From positions 62,675-126,674 of the forward strand of contig CAVQHA010000003.1 of the NCBI GenBank assembly GCA_963712215.1: DNA of 64,000 nucleotides, given 5' to 3'. Position 1 is the stretch's first letter, and every line of letters begins with the position of its first letter. Below, piece by piece: positions 20,670 to 32,300 of this stretch. The position numbers and the translations under genes were made by a program. Below the pieces are notes generated by a model that saw nothing but the letters and a program-made list of their open reading frames with translations, was not told where the DNA came from and did no database searches. The DNA comes from an uncultured Methanomicrobiales archaeon (GTDB lineage: Archaea > Halobacteriota > Methanomicrobia > Methanomicrobiales > JACTUA01).

Positions 20670-21628
20670 TTCCATAAGGACCTCCGATCATTGCCGGTAT
20701 CGAGATGAGTGAGCCGGATGAAGACATCCTCCAGGCTCGGCCCGCAGGTCGTGATCGAGAGCACCCGGAGATGCTCCCGCTCGGCATAGGCTACGACGGC
20801 CGGGATGACTGCCGAAGGATCCTCGGTGAAGAACCGGATCTTGTCGCCCTCCTTTCGCACCTCATTGACCGTGGGGATGTTCTGAAGGCCGTCCTTGATC
20901 TCCTGCACCTGCCGGTCGAACCCGACCTCCACCGACTGGACGGACTGGATGGTCTTCTTCAGCCGCTCGGGGGAGTCGATGGCCGCGATCTTCCCGTGGT
21001 CGATGATGGCCACCCGGTCGCAGGTGAGGTTCGCCTCCTCGATGTTGTGGGTCGTGAGGAAGACGGTGACCCCCTCGCCGGCGAGCTCCCGGATCACCCT
21101 CCTGATGATGAGGTTGGACTGGACGTCGAGGCCGGAGGTTGGTTCGTCGAGGAAGAGGAGACGCGGGTGGTTGATGAGCCCCATCGCGAGGGTGAGGCGC
21201 CGCTTCATCCCCTTGGAGAAACCGTGGGCGAGGTCGTCCCGCCTCTCGTAGAGATCGAAGGTCTTCAGGAGCTCCTTCGCCCACTCGTCCCTCCCCGCCT
21301 TCTCCACATGGTAGAGCTCAGCGGTGAAGATGATGTTCTGCCAGGCGGTGAGGTCGTCGTACACGTTGGAGGTCTCGTGCACGATCCCCATGTGCCTCCT
21401 CGACTCGATGGTCTCCCGGATGATGTCATGCCCGAAGATCCGGGCGGTGCCTCCCGTGGGCTGCGTGATCCCCGTGAGGATGCGGATGGTGGTGGTCTTG
21501 CCCGCGCCGTTCGGCCCCAGATACCCGAATATCTCCCCCTCGGGGACAGTGAAGGAGACACTGTCGAGGGCCTGGATCTCCTTGTACCGCTTCGAGAGGT
21601 TTTGCGCCTCGATGGCCGGGACGGGCAT
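20666..21628 (-). CDS. ABC exporter ATP-binding protein
   Basis: GPNGAGKTT, FSKGMKRR, LFLDEPTSGLD, PSLEDVF. Confidence 0.95.
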   Translation of the reverse strand: MPVPAIEAQNLSKRYKEIQALDSVSFTVPEGEIFGYLGPNGAGKTTTIRILTGITQPTGGTARIFGHDIIRETIESRRHMGIVHETSNVYDDLTAWQNIIFTAELYHVEKAGRDEWAKELLKTFDLYERRDDLAHGFSKGMKRRLTLAMGLINHPRLLFLDEPTSGLDVQSNLIIRRVIRELAGEGVTVFLTTHNIEEANLTCDRVAIIDHGKIAAIDSPERLKKTIQSVQSVEVGFDRQVQEIKDGLQNIPTVNEVRKEGDKIRFFTEDPSAVIPAVVAYAEREHLRVLSITTCGPSLEDVFIRLTHLDTGNDRRSLWK

Positions 21629-21735
21629 AAGGATAAGATGGGGTGTTCAGGGGAGAAAAAGGTTGAGGGGTAGAGATTAGACCGACGAGACCCCGGAATG
21701 GATGGGCGACGGCCCAGGAAAAATGACAGGGAGGT

Positions 21736-21948
21736 TCAGTGGGTGCCGACCCACCACAGGGACAGGAGGAGGATGATCACGAGGGGGCCGAGGAAGATGA
21801 AGACTTCCCAGCCCACCGAAAGGCCAACGGATGATGAGATCTCCTGCCAGGGGGCCCAGAGGGTGTTCCAGAGGGTCGCGACCGCGATGACGGCCCCGAT
21901 TACCGTCAGCCTGTCAACAAGGTTCTCCAGCGGATGTGAGTCTGCCAT
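21736..21948 (-). CDS. small two-TM membrane protein
   Basis: 70 aa, two hydrophobic segments, GAGG RBS and AT-rich promoter region upstream. Confidence 0.55.
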   Translation of the reverse strand: MADSHPLENLVDRLTVIGAVIAVATLWNTLWAPWQEISSSVGLSVGWEVFIFLGPLVIILLLSLWWVGTH

Positions 21949-22077
21949 AGGTAAACCTCATTGATTTCAGTATATATAATTTTTTAAATAGATCTCAGGC
22001 CGGAGATTCCGTTTGTGAGAACCGGTTTCGGGTCCTACCCACTGAAAGTATTTGTCCAGACTTGCAGAAGATGGTGT

Positions 22078-22503
22078 ATGCCTGATGCTCCCCCCGGACA
22101 ACCGCCAGGGAATACTCCGGAAGACAAGAAGATCTTTCTCATCGCCGTCGGCCTCATCGTCGTCCTCGTCCTCGTAACCATCGTTCCCACGCTCGTCATC
22201 ATGAGCATGGCCCCCAGCACCCCGAAGTACTACTCCGTCGCTGCAACTGCCCGCCAGTACGGGAACAACATCACGGTCGTCTGGATAGGCGGCCGCGACA
22301 ATGCCTTTGTCAGCGGCTACACGGTGGCGATTGCAGATGACCCGTCCCCCTATCCCGGGAAAACCGGCGGAGGCGTGTATTACCAGCCCATCGTCGGGGA
22401 CATCCACACGTTCCCCGGGGGAACGGCGGGATATGACCATGTTCAAATAATGGCGATCTTATCGAACGGGGGATCGGAGACGGTGCTGGATACGTACGTA
22501 TAA
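22078..22503 (+). CDS. pilin-like membrane-anchored protein
   Basis: N-terminal TM then VAATARQ..NITVVWIGG.D and VLDTYV end, resembling Methanomicrobiales pilin globular domains; no clear class III cleavage motif. Confidence 0.6.
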   Translation: MPDAPPGQPPGNTPEDKKIFLIAVGLIVVLVLVTIVPTLVIMSMAPSTPKYYSVAATARQYGNNITVVWIGGRDNAFVSGYTVAIADDPSPYPGKTGGGVYYQPIVGDIHTFPGGTAGYDHVQIMAILSNGGSETVLDTYV

Positions 22504-22527
22504 CGTTGTGATCTTCCCGGGATGTAG

Positions 22528-23835
22528 ATGATACAGAAAATGCATAGAACGGTTTCCAGAGTTCTTGCAACCCTGTTTATAATTGCTCTTCTCCCCGCAG
22601 CCTGTGCAGCCCAGGGGGAAACCCTGATCCTCCATCTCAACGAAGGAACAGGTTCCCTGGCTGTGGACTCATCGGGAAACGGTTTTAACGGAACCATCGT
22701 AAATGCCACCTGGACTGACGGCATATCGGGGAAGGCCCTGAGATTCGACGGGGTGGACAGCTCCATCCAGTTTAACACGACTGTTGTGAAAGATCCACCC
22801 TATACTATTGAAGCCTGGGTGAAGCCGGAATTCACGGTAACAGACCGGGACCGGTTTGTTCTTGCAACCGGGGGCGGGACCTGGCCCGACCTTGGCCTTT
22901 CCCTGTTTTACCATCCGGTGACAGCGTCGTCCCACCCCGGGTGGACCTTCGCTTCGGCCGGAAGGCTCGGGATAGGCGGGAATGCAAGCTTCGAAAGACC
23001 AGCGGAGAACGCATGGACCTATCTCGTGGGGACCTGGGACGGGAGCAGATCTGCAGGGAGTATCTGCATGTACGTCAACGGCTATCGCGCCGCAACGGGG
23101 GATCCGATCCGGCTCTGGACAGGGTGGGAGAACAATCTCCGCATCGGGGCCCGATCCATCGGAAGGTTCGATCAGGAAGACTTTGGCAATTTCAAGGGAG
23201 TCATCGACGAGGTGAAGGTGTACGACCGTGAACTCATGCCCGACGAGATCCGTACGAACTTCCTTGCGATGGAGGGCAAGCCCGGGTTCCCCCGCGTGAA
23301 CGCCCAGCTCACCACCGAAGCCGATCGGCGGGTGAGCACTCCCTCGGACGATACCACCATCACCGCGAACCTGGAAAATTACGGGCCTGCAACCATCTAC
23401 AATATCGACGTGGCCGACACGTCCTCCCCCTATTTCGAGGTAGTCGGGGGAAATTCCCATGTCCATATCGCTTCCCTGAAACCGTTCTCGGGATACACAT
23501 TCGTGTATCACGTCCGCCCGATATATGAGGGATTTCATGTCTTAGGAACCGCACGGGCGACCTTCACCGACGTTACCGGGCATTATCCATCATCCGTCAG
23601 TTCCAACACGTTCAGCGTCGATGTATTTCCTACCCTCCCGGTAACGACAGCCACAACGCCTCCGCCGACTCCTGTGCCCACTAACCCGGTTACCGCCATG
23701 CAGACGGCAAGTCCTGCCGAACCCGGCATACCCTTCCCTGCTCTCCCGCAGACGAAGTATCCGGGACTTCTTACCGGGCTCCTGGCAGCCCTTGTGGTGG
23801 TTGGGGCTTACTATGTATGGACGAAGAACAGGTAG
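22528..23835 (+). CDS. secreted LamG/concanavalin-like + Ig-like surface protein with C-terminal TM anchor
   Basis: Signal peptide, HLNEGTGSLAVDSSGNG, ALRFDGVD, FKGVIDEVKVYDREL, Pro/Thr linker, TM and basic tail. Confidence 0.85.
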   Translation: MIQKMHRTVSRVLATLFIIALLPAACAAQGETLILHLNEGTGSLAVDSSGNGFNGTIVNATWTDGISGKALRFDGVDSSIQFNTTVVKDPPYTIEAWVKPEFTVTDRDRFVLATGGGTWPDLGLSLFYHPVTASSHPGWTFASAGRLGIGGNASFERPAENAWTYLVGTWDGSRSAGSICMYVNGYRAATGDPIRLWTGWENNLRIGARSIGRFDQEDFGNFKGVIDEVKVYDRELMPDEIRTNFLAMEGKPGFPRVNAQLTTEADRRVSTPSDDTTITANLENYGPATIYNIDVADTSSPYFEVVGGNSHVHIASLKPFSGYTFVYHVRPIYEGFHVLGTARATFTDVTGHYPSSVSSNTFSVDVFPTLPVTTATTPPPTPVPTNPVTAMQTASPAEPGIPFPALPQTKYPGLLTGLLAALVVVGAYYVWTKNR

Positions 23836-23892
23836 CGTAATTTGGGAAGCATTCAGAAAAAAATAGTTGACCGGAGTAGAATCCGGTTCCTA

Positions 23893-25875
23893 TTATGTAA
23901 CTGATGCAATTATTTCCTGAGTTTCCGTCGCGTTTATGATCGATGGTGAGGGCTCGGTGGATTGATCTGACCCGGGCTGGGCAACCCCCATCAGTACAGG
24001 TGGGTCGTTCGAAGAATAATGCACCCAGGTTTCATGGTACCCAATACTGTAGGCATAGAGATCTCTCACATTTATCGTGATCTGGTTCACCCCGGAATGT
24101 AAAATCGGAGTAATATCGGGAATCCCCTGGTAATATCCGGAACCGGTGAACGTGCGGAAACCCGAATCTGTGGTGATATCAAAGGCATCATCGGCCCAGG
24201 TATTGATATAACCATCCCCGCCGGTGAGGTACACTTTGCCGACGCCGTCCCAGCTCAGGGTTCCCTTGTAGGCCTCGAGGACCTGACCCCTCGCGACGGT
24301 GTTAAAGCCATCGAAGAGTTTGTAATTTTTTATGGTACCGATTTCAGGTTTGAATGTTGCACTGATGGTATGATCTGAGGGCACAGCAGCAAATGAGTAG
24401 ATTAGATCGGGTTTTTGGGAAATTCCGTCAACCATTAAATCGTCAACAAGATATCCTGATTCGGTATGAGTTTAGAATTTATGCTCCCTGTATACACTAA
24501 ATTAGTCGGTGCCGATGGCGAGATTTTTCCATGCATCGCTGGTAAGGGGGTTATCGTGATGATTAAGGTTTTCCACCGGTAACGTAATCGGATAAGACCC
24601 CAGGCATTTCTTTCTATTTGAATAACACGTTCTCTTGTAATACCAATAACTACTGGGTTATTTTCAAAATCAAAGTTTCCATTTATTAATCGATGCCAAA
24701 AACAAATATATACTAATAGCGGGTTTTCGAGCCATGACGTAAATGCGAGATTCTGGGCGGAAGAGGTGGGATCGGTAATTATACATAGTCATTTACAGAA
24801 TTTGTGATAGAGTAGAATGTCTCTCCCGATGGCAGAGGATTGGTCCAGTATGAGTCTAAAAATTCTTCATATTCATCGTGAAGTTGTTCATAGTTACCAA
24901 ATATTTAGGAATAAAGGGTCATCGATTGAAATAAGGGGATGATTTGAGCCATCGGAGTATGGTAAGGATTTCCAACATCTTCCATAAAGTGGCTTGCAAA
25001 TCCGAGATTTTTAAAAGCAGTCTCATAATGATGGGCTTTAAAACTAGTTTTGGCATAAGATGCGTTCTCTCCACAATTCTATGGGGCCAACCCAAATCCA
25101 ATTGAGGGAATTCCACTAGGGATATACCCATCATTCAATTGGTGCGAATAGGGGACTGGAGTTCGGTCATCCCAATAATTAGGCTGGTCGTCCGGTTTTG
25201 TGGCTGAATCCTCTCCAATGGAGACGAAATCGGGGTGGATTCCCTCTTTCTCAAGGGCTATTCCGGTGAATCTCGAATGGTCAAGTTGAGCCCATGCAGG
25301 CACGATTGTATCTGTTATTGCACCATTCAAGCTGTTAGAAGGATCCTTGCTCATATCTTTTGCAATAAACAGTTCAATGTCCCGGAATGTTGCATTCTCC
25401 TGTTTGGTCAGGGAAAATCTTTGGACGTTTTCTCCGGGTATAACTTGGCTGAAGTACCTGATTTTATGTATTTCACTGGATACTTCATCCAAACTTTCTT
25501 CATAAAACGGACCCATTCAACTTTTTTCTGTGAATCAGGTCCGCCTTATTGATATATTTCGAGAAGAACTTTCTGCTCTGTCTTTCCTGCTGCGAGTAAA
25601 ACCCAATGAGGAGTTGCGCTTATCAGTGTCTTATCAATGGTTAAGTTTACTAGAGTGCTAAATGATTCTGGAACAGGAAGGCTACAGCGGTGCTTCTCAT
25701 CGTAACCTTCCTGGACAAAATTGGAGTACATCTCATCAGAATAATATACGTCATCATCCTTTCCGGCTCTTTGCTCCCCCGCCCAATTCTCGTTGGCAAA
25801 GACAGGGAATATCACAACAGTGATAAGAATGCACATAAAAATCAGGGATAGAATCAATCTGGTGACAACTCTCAT
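23893..25875 (-). pseudogene. fragmented secreted Zn-dependent phospholipase C/P1 nuclease-like multidomain protein
   Basis: Signal peptide at 25875; fragments WAQLDH, LGFASHFMEDVGNPYHT (read through TAG at 25079-25081), LHDEYE; then an InlB B-repeat-like segment (HGKISPS...GYLVDDLMVDG...DHTISATF) and a C-terminal beta domain. Confidence 0.7.
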
Positions 25876-26164
25876 TCTAAGTCAACCTCCCTCAAGCAAC
25901 GGGCCATAAGTCCTTAAAATATTTAAGAATTCCTTTTTGATTGCGATAAAAACGAAGAATATTCATCATATTGTTGAATTACTTCTAAATTTAGCAAAAT
26001 GAATAAGTCTGGATAATATTGTTCATTGAAATTAAAATTCATTAGATAATTCAGTTATGTTTCAATTGAAAGATTCAATTAAACCGATTAATGGGAAATA
26101 GGAGAGGCAAACCTTTTATAAGGATAAAGAAATTATTTGAATTATGTTTATGCGGGTGTAGTCA

Positions 26165-26996
26165 ATGGCTTACTCCAAATTCGTAGTCTTTTTACTAATA
26201 TTTTTTGCATTTATAATACTCTCCGCGGGATGCATTTCGACACTAGAATATCCGGGTAATTTACAGAAAAATGAACGCTATAAATTGGTAATAGATTCCA
26301 GCGATCCCTTACATGAGGCTACATTTTATATCCCTCTGCCGGTTAAAGATAACGCCCCAGAGATTGGGACTAAACTGATAAATGTGAGTGATTTCACAAG
26401 AGGCGGGTTCTCTGTTGATATCACCCAAATGGTACCTGAGGGGATTATGGGCGATCCACACCAAACTGAATATGCTCTTCGAGGGGACAATCCATGGTAT
26501 CTACAGATTCATGCCTACCAGTGGCCGAAAGGTAGGAGCGAATGGAATGTTGAAGATGGGCTGAATGACCTCTCATCGCCGCTTCTCTTCTATAATACGC
26601 TATATCCTGTCGGCAACGAGTCCCTACTTCTACCGAAACTTGAATTCTACCCGCCAGAAAATCTGAAAATAATGAAAAAGTATTCGGATTATGCCACAAT
26701 TTATTATGTACCCCAAAAGACTGGGCAATTCACGACTATCTATGCAAATTACAGCTCGGAGGATGAGACCACGGTTATGGTTTATATTCTCGTTTGAAGG
26801 GTCAAACTATTGGCGAGATATGAATGATACGGGCGGAAACAATAATTATTTTGACGAAATTTCTGGAACTTTATATACCAATCAGGGATGGAACAAAATT
26901 CCAGGAGATTTTAGTGTTGCAGATGGACCTTATCCAGATTTATCTTCGCCAAGATGGCAGAAGCTGATTCAGAAGAGTGTCACAAGATATCAATAA
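26165..26996 (+). CDS. putative lipoprotein, frameshift near 26790
   Basis: Hydrophobic signal ending LSAGC lipobox; continues in second frame (EGSNYWRD...GPYPDLSSPRWQK). Confidence 0.7.
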
Positions 26997-26999
26997 AAC

Positions 27000-27158
27000 A
27001 TGAACAACAAAACCCTATCAATCCTAATCTTGGTTATTCTCGCCACAATTTTCCTATTCGAGGGTTGCGTTTCAACTCTGGAATATCCTCGCGAATTGCA
27101 AAAAAGCGAACGCTATCAATTACAGATTGACTCGAGTGCCCTGAAAATTGAGAACTAA
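27000..27158 (+). pseudogene. truncated paralog of the preceding lipoprotein (52 aa)
   Basis: GCVSTLEYPRELQKSERYQLQIDSS aligns with GCISTLEYPGNLQKNERYKLVIDSS, then stops. Confidence 0.75.
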
Positions 27159-27204
27159 ATAAAATGGGTAAAGTGGTGTATGGCCACTTATGCTTGAAAT
27201 GGGT

Positions 27205-28473
27205 TTATCCAGTATCTTCCTGGGTTTCATTTCCAATGAACTTCGCCTTCATAACCGATGTCTGGGCCATCAAAGCCCGTTTTGTCGGGGAATTAATCTG
27301 GATAATATACGGGGTCTGATCGACCCCTGTCCCGGAGATCGAACCATAACTCATTGAGAGCCCCATCCAGTTCTGAACTACGAGGGTGAAGGTATTGAAT
27401 CCCGGAGTCATGCCGCTTGTCAGCTCAACGACAGGATGTTGTTCAGCAAAATGTTCAGGTGCATCGAATAGGGCCCCACTTGGCTGGATAGCTATGGTGA
27501 ACCCGTCATCCGCATATACTCCGGTAAGAGAGGCGACATCCCCGGATATATACACCTGCCCGGTTCCATCCCAGTTGGCCTGGAAAATCATCGGATCTGA
27601 TTTCAGAGTGTTCCGGCGGTATTTGTTTGAATCGAAAGGTATCCCTGCCTGGACAAGTGGTGTTATTGTTGTTCCTGGAACCACCTCCTTGTTTCCAAAC
27701 GAGAACCCCGCAATCCTCGGATTAACAGCCGAGTAGGTCTTCGAATAACCGGGATTCGAACCACCGGGAACAACGACCACATAGCCATCCGGAGCAACGG
27801 GTTCTGAAATCGTACAGGTCCAGATCTTTCCCGTTGGCGGAACAGGCAGCAAGTAGGAGAACTTGAGGCCGTCGGACCCAAGTGCATTCGTTGTGAAATC
27901 CACATCGTTCACAATGGCATTGGTATCGTCAGTCACGGTTGCATGAAGTATTCGTCCTGTTTCGCAGAGTTCAGTGTCCTGCTTCGTCTTGTCGCCATTG
28001 AGATCTGTCCAGAAACAACCTTCCGCAGAGGCAACCACCTGCTTGTTCCCGAATGAATATCCAGCGACTGGAGTTGTGCCTTGCTTCGACGTATAGGTTT
28101 TTGTGTAAGAATAGGTCACGGGCTTCCCTGATCCCGATGGGACCACAACTACAAACCCGTCGGGAGGAACCTCCGAAATTATGCATGACCAGGTTCCTGC
28201 CGTGGCAGAAGGAATCGTGTACGAGAACTTGCCACTTGTGCCTGCAGTGTTTGTTGTGAAGTCTCCATCCTGGATGACCGATCCCGTATTATCTTTAACC
28301 GTCGCATGAAGTGTCCAGCCCGGCTCGCATGCTTCGGTCGCATCTTTCAGGCCATTATTGTTGACGTCTCTCCAGACGCATCCCTCTGCCGTGAGAGCTG
28401 CCACGGCTCCGACGAGTGCAAACAGCAGTAGCACTCCGAGAATGACAGGTATTCTTCGTCCAACAGTCCCCAT
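27205..28473 (-). CDS. secreted protein with two SdrD-B/Cna-B-like repeats and a C-terminal beta domain
   Basis: Signal peptide; repeats AEGCVWRDVNNNGLKD..E...FGNK and AEGCFWTDLNGDKTKQ..E...FGNK. Confidence 0.8.
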   Translation of the reverse strand: MGTVGRRIPVILGVLLLFALVGAVAALTAEGCVWRDVNNNGLKDATEACEPGWTLHATVKDNTGSVIQDGDFTTNTAGTSGKFSYTIPSATAGTWSCIISEVPPDGFVVVVPSGSGKPVTYSYTKTYTSKQGTTPVAGYSFGNKQVVASAEGCFWTDLNGDKTKQDTELCETGRILHATVTDDTNAIVNDVDFTTNALGSDGLKFSYLLPVPPTGKIWTCTISEPVAPDGYVVVVPGGSNPGYSKTYSAVNPRIAGFSFGNKEVVPGTTITPLVQAGIPFDSNKYRRNTLKSDPMIFQANWDGTGQVYISGDVASLTGVYADDGFTIAIQPSGALFDAPEHFAEQHPVVELTSGMTPGFNTFTLVVQNWMGLSMSYGSISGTGVDQTPYIIQINSPTKRALMAQTSVMKAKFIGNETQEDTG

Positions 28474-28794
28474 GAAAGTCCCTCCTTTTCCCATCTTCTC
28501 ATTGTTCAAAATGCATGCCAATCCTTACAATATGTCAAGGATAAAAAACAATTAAAACAGTCAAATTATTTAAATTGTTCTGCAGAAGGGTTTTTCTTTA
28601 ATTAGCTCAAAGATCCCATGGACTTTTACCAGAATATCTATATATTGTCAGGTTTTTTAGACCAGAACTTTTCCGAGACGATAGATTTTCTGAATTTGCA
28701 TTTCTCTTCCATTCTGGTCTGATAAGGAATGTTTCAAAATATCAGGATTTTACGTGATTTGCTCGTCGTTAAAGGGTGGGCTGCCAATACGGAT

Positions 28795-29016
28795 TCACGC
28801 CCGGACCGTCCACCGGGTGCTGATGGCATGGTTGGGGCAGAACTCGCTGCACCTGAGGCAGGTGCAGCAGAGGTGGCTCTTGTAGGGGAGGACGCTGTCC
28901 TCGTACCGGCCGAAGACCCCCATCGAGCACATGTCGATGCAGAGGCCGCAGTTCTCGCAGAGGAGAGGATCGATAGAAACCTCGACTGCAATGGTCGCGG
29001 GGGCAGAGATCTCCAA
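28795..29016 (-). CDS. 2x[4Fe-4S] ferredoxin
   Basis: CENCGLCIDMC and CCTCLRCSEFCP; true ATG may be 29023 with one extra base. Confidence 0.85.
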   Translation of the reverse strand: MEISAPATIAVEVSIDPLLCENCGLCIDMCSMGVFGRYEDSVLPYKSHLCCTCLRCSEFCPNHAISTRWTVRA

Positions 29017-29386
29017 TGTCCATCACACCTTTCCTGGATGCTGCCAGTTGCGAGAGCCGGATCGGGCGAAGCGGCAGGTAAACAGATATTTTACTCTGTT
29101 TTTCGTATAAAAACGAATCGTTTTGTCTTCCGGGGGAAGGCAGGGTCCTGTATCGTGATGTTAAGCATAATCCTTTAATAATTGCTGTACTCAAATAATT
29201 GCGGCTCTTTGTCGGATAGGTGACAATAAAAGACCTTTATACCGAATAAAACCCGATTAATGCCGATTTTTGTTTATCTATTTATTATTATATAAATTAT
29301 CTTTCGAAATGTTCTTTATTCAAGAGTGTGGAATCATGAAAATGTCACTGGTTTGCGAAGGTTAATTGCAGGGAGTGTGGTGTGGT

Positions 29387-32300
29387 GTGAAATCGATCGA
29401 TCCCAGATGGATAGCGGTAGGAGCCCTTTTCGCTCTCGTCCTTGTCCAGGGTGTGCAGGCGGAGAACTATGGGTTCGTGGCCCGTTGGGGGTCCAACGGG
29501 TCTGCCGACGGACAGTTTTACCAGGCCTATGGTCTCGGGGTGGACTCGGCCGGCAACGTGTATGTCGCGGACAATTATAACAGCCGGGTCCAGAAATTCA
29601 CGTCTGACGGGACATTTGTCTCGAAGTTCGGTTCCTATGGCACAGACGGTGGACAATTCTACTATACAAGCGATGTCGCCGTGAATTCAAGCGGGTACAT
29701 CTATGTCCTCGATGTCGGGAACTACCGTGTCGAACGGTTCACCCCTGCCGGTTCCTACAGGGGCTCCTGGGGTTCCTTCGGCACAGGCATCAGGCAGTTT
29801 TACTATCCCACAAGGATCGCCATTGATGCAGCAGGGTATGTCTATGTCACCGATGCCCAGTTGAATCGCACCCAGAAGTTCACCCCTGAAGGGGGTTTTG
29901 TAACCCAGTGGGGGTCAACAGGGACAGGGAACGGGGAGTTCGGGCAACCCATTGGAATTGCCGTGGATGCAGCCGGCTATGTGTACATAGCAGACAGCCA
30001 GAATAACCGCGTCCAGAAATTCACCTCCGGCGGAGCATACGTGGCCCAGTGGGGCACACTCGGAACGGGAAACGGACAGCTCGATCAACCTTCGGGCCTC
30101 GACGTGGATCCGGCGGGGAATGTGTTCGTCAGCGAGTACGGGAACTCGAGGGTCCAGAAGTTTACCTCCGACGGGACGTACGTGACGAAGTGGGGCTCGA
30201 ACGGGGACGGGGACATGCAGTTCCGGAACCCTCTGGATGTAGCGGCCACCTCTTCGGCAGTCTATGTCATCAACCCGGCCAGCGACGGGGTCCAGGAATT
30301 CGCTCCCGTTGAAGGGTATCTGACCGTGTCGTGCGACGTTCCGACCGGTCCCCCCGGCGCAGTCCTGACCTGCCACGGTGCGAATACCTACGGAGACAGT
30401 CCCGATTATTACACGAACATCCTTGTCACCAACAATTCACCCCCCTATTTCACCGGCAGCCTCCCTGCAAATGGGGTCAGGCCTGACGCCTTCTCCGTCA
30501 AGTCGATCTCAGGAGTGGGTTCTACCTTCGTCCGGGCACCCGTGACGGGGGGTGTATGGTCGTATTCCTGGGACACATCGTCAATCTCAGGAGGATCGGT
30601 TCTCCCGGGTTCGGAATACTACTTCATCGCCGCGAATGAGAGCCTGAACGTGACCGACGCCCGGGCCCGCCTGGGCACCTATGTGCAATACACCCTGGGG
30701 ATCCAGGCATCCGTGCATGCGGATTTCACGTTTGATGCATCGCAGGGGAAGACCGTCCGGTTTACCGATACCTCGACGGGGTTACCCACAAATGTAAACA
30801 TTGATTTCGGGGACGGGGACGTGGCGGGCGTTACGCCAGGCGGGACAGTGACGCACTCGTACAAGAGCCAGGGGGAGGAGTTCACCGCCACCCTGACGGC
30901 AGGGAACTCTCTCGGGAGCGACAGCATGACAAAAGATATCGTTGCCCTCGCCGTGACCCGGGATGATGCATACGCGGCCGTGTTACACGATCCCGCGATC
31001 CTGGGCGACGATATAACGGGAAAATCGATATCAGCAAGCCTGAACCCGCTCCCTGCCGGTTCGAGTGTCGTCGGTTGGGCCGGCACCTTCGGACTGCCCA
31101 ATACGAACGGGTGGATCATATTCGTCGACGACCACCCGAAGGCCAACTGGGAGCACCCGGTCAGGTACGTCCACGTGGATAACAACAATGTCCGGACGGT
31201 GTTCCAGGGCACCTCGCCGGCGAAGAACATCCAGATGTCCCACATCGCGGGAGAGATCCCTCCTGTAGGAGGCACGAACGATGTCGGTGGTGGGTACACC
31301 GGGGGATACACCGGCGGGGGCGGGGGGAGTGCGTCCTGTCCCACCATGGACTGCACGCATTGCTATGCGGTCCTGATCAGCGGCGGGTTCGACAGGGATA
31401 ACAACTACGTTCGTTACTGGAATGACCTGTCAGCCATGTACAGGACCCTGAGGGGGACGTACTGCTATCCGAAGGATCATATCTACGTCCTGATGTCTGA
31501 CGGGAACGACCCGGGCCTGGACCAGCGTACGGGATCGGGAGCGACCGATTACGCGGATTCCAACACGGACCTCGATGGCGATGGCATAAGCGATGTGAAT
31601 GGTGCGGCGACGAAACAGGACGTGATAGATCTGTTCGCTCACCTGAATGGCGCAAGCAACAGTCCGCCGACGCTCGGGCCCGACGACAACCTCTTTATCT
31701 TCACGACGAACCACGGGGGAGAGGATCCCAGCTCGGACAGGGTCCGGCTCTGGCTCTGGGGGTCAGGGGACCAGCAGTTCATCTGGGACAGTGACTTTAC
31801 GGCCCTCCTCGCCAATTCCCCGGCGAAGGCGATCATCATGACGATGGAGCAGTGTTACGGCGGAGGGTTCGTGGATGATTTCATCTCCTCCGGGCCCGCG
31901 GGCCAGACGAGGGTGATCGCGACCGCGGCAGACGCGGTTGAACCGTCGTACGGGAACGACTTCTCCTTCTGGTGGATCGACGGGGTGGCAGGGATCAACG
32001 GGGCAACGGGGCCCGCGAACCTCCCGCCGTCCGGCAATAACGATAAACTCATCTCCCTGCGGGAGGGCTTCGAGTACGCAAAGGCGAACGACCCGTCAGC
32101 GGCGGCCCAGCCGGAACCCCTCGAACACCCGCAGTACCAGGACGCTGTTGCGAATGCCGGTGCATCCCTCGGTCTCAGTTCCTGTGCCATGTGCCCGGCC
32201 CCCAGCCATCCGCTGCCGGACCAGGGCTCGGTCCCCGCGGATCCCAAGGGCTGGGGCTTTGCCGAGGATCTGGATAACAGCGGGATCTTTGACGTGCAGG

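Noticed and set aside
25079-25081. In-frame TAG as pyrrolysine codon
   Set aside because: No pyl genes in the window, Methanomicrobiales are not known to use Pyl, and the gene has many other lesions
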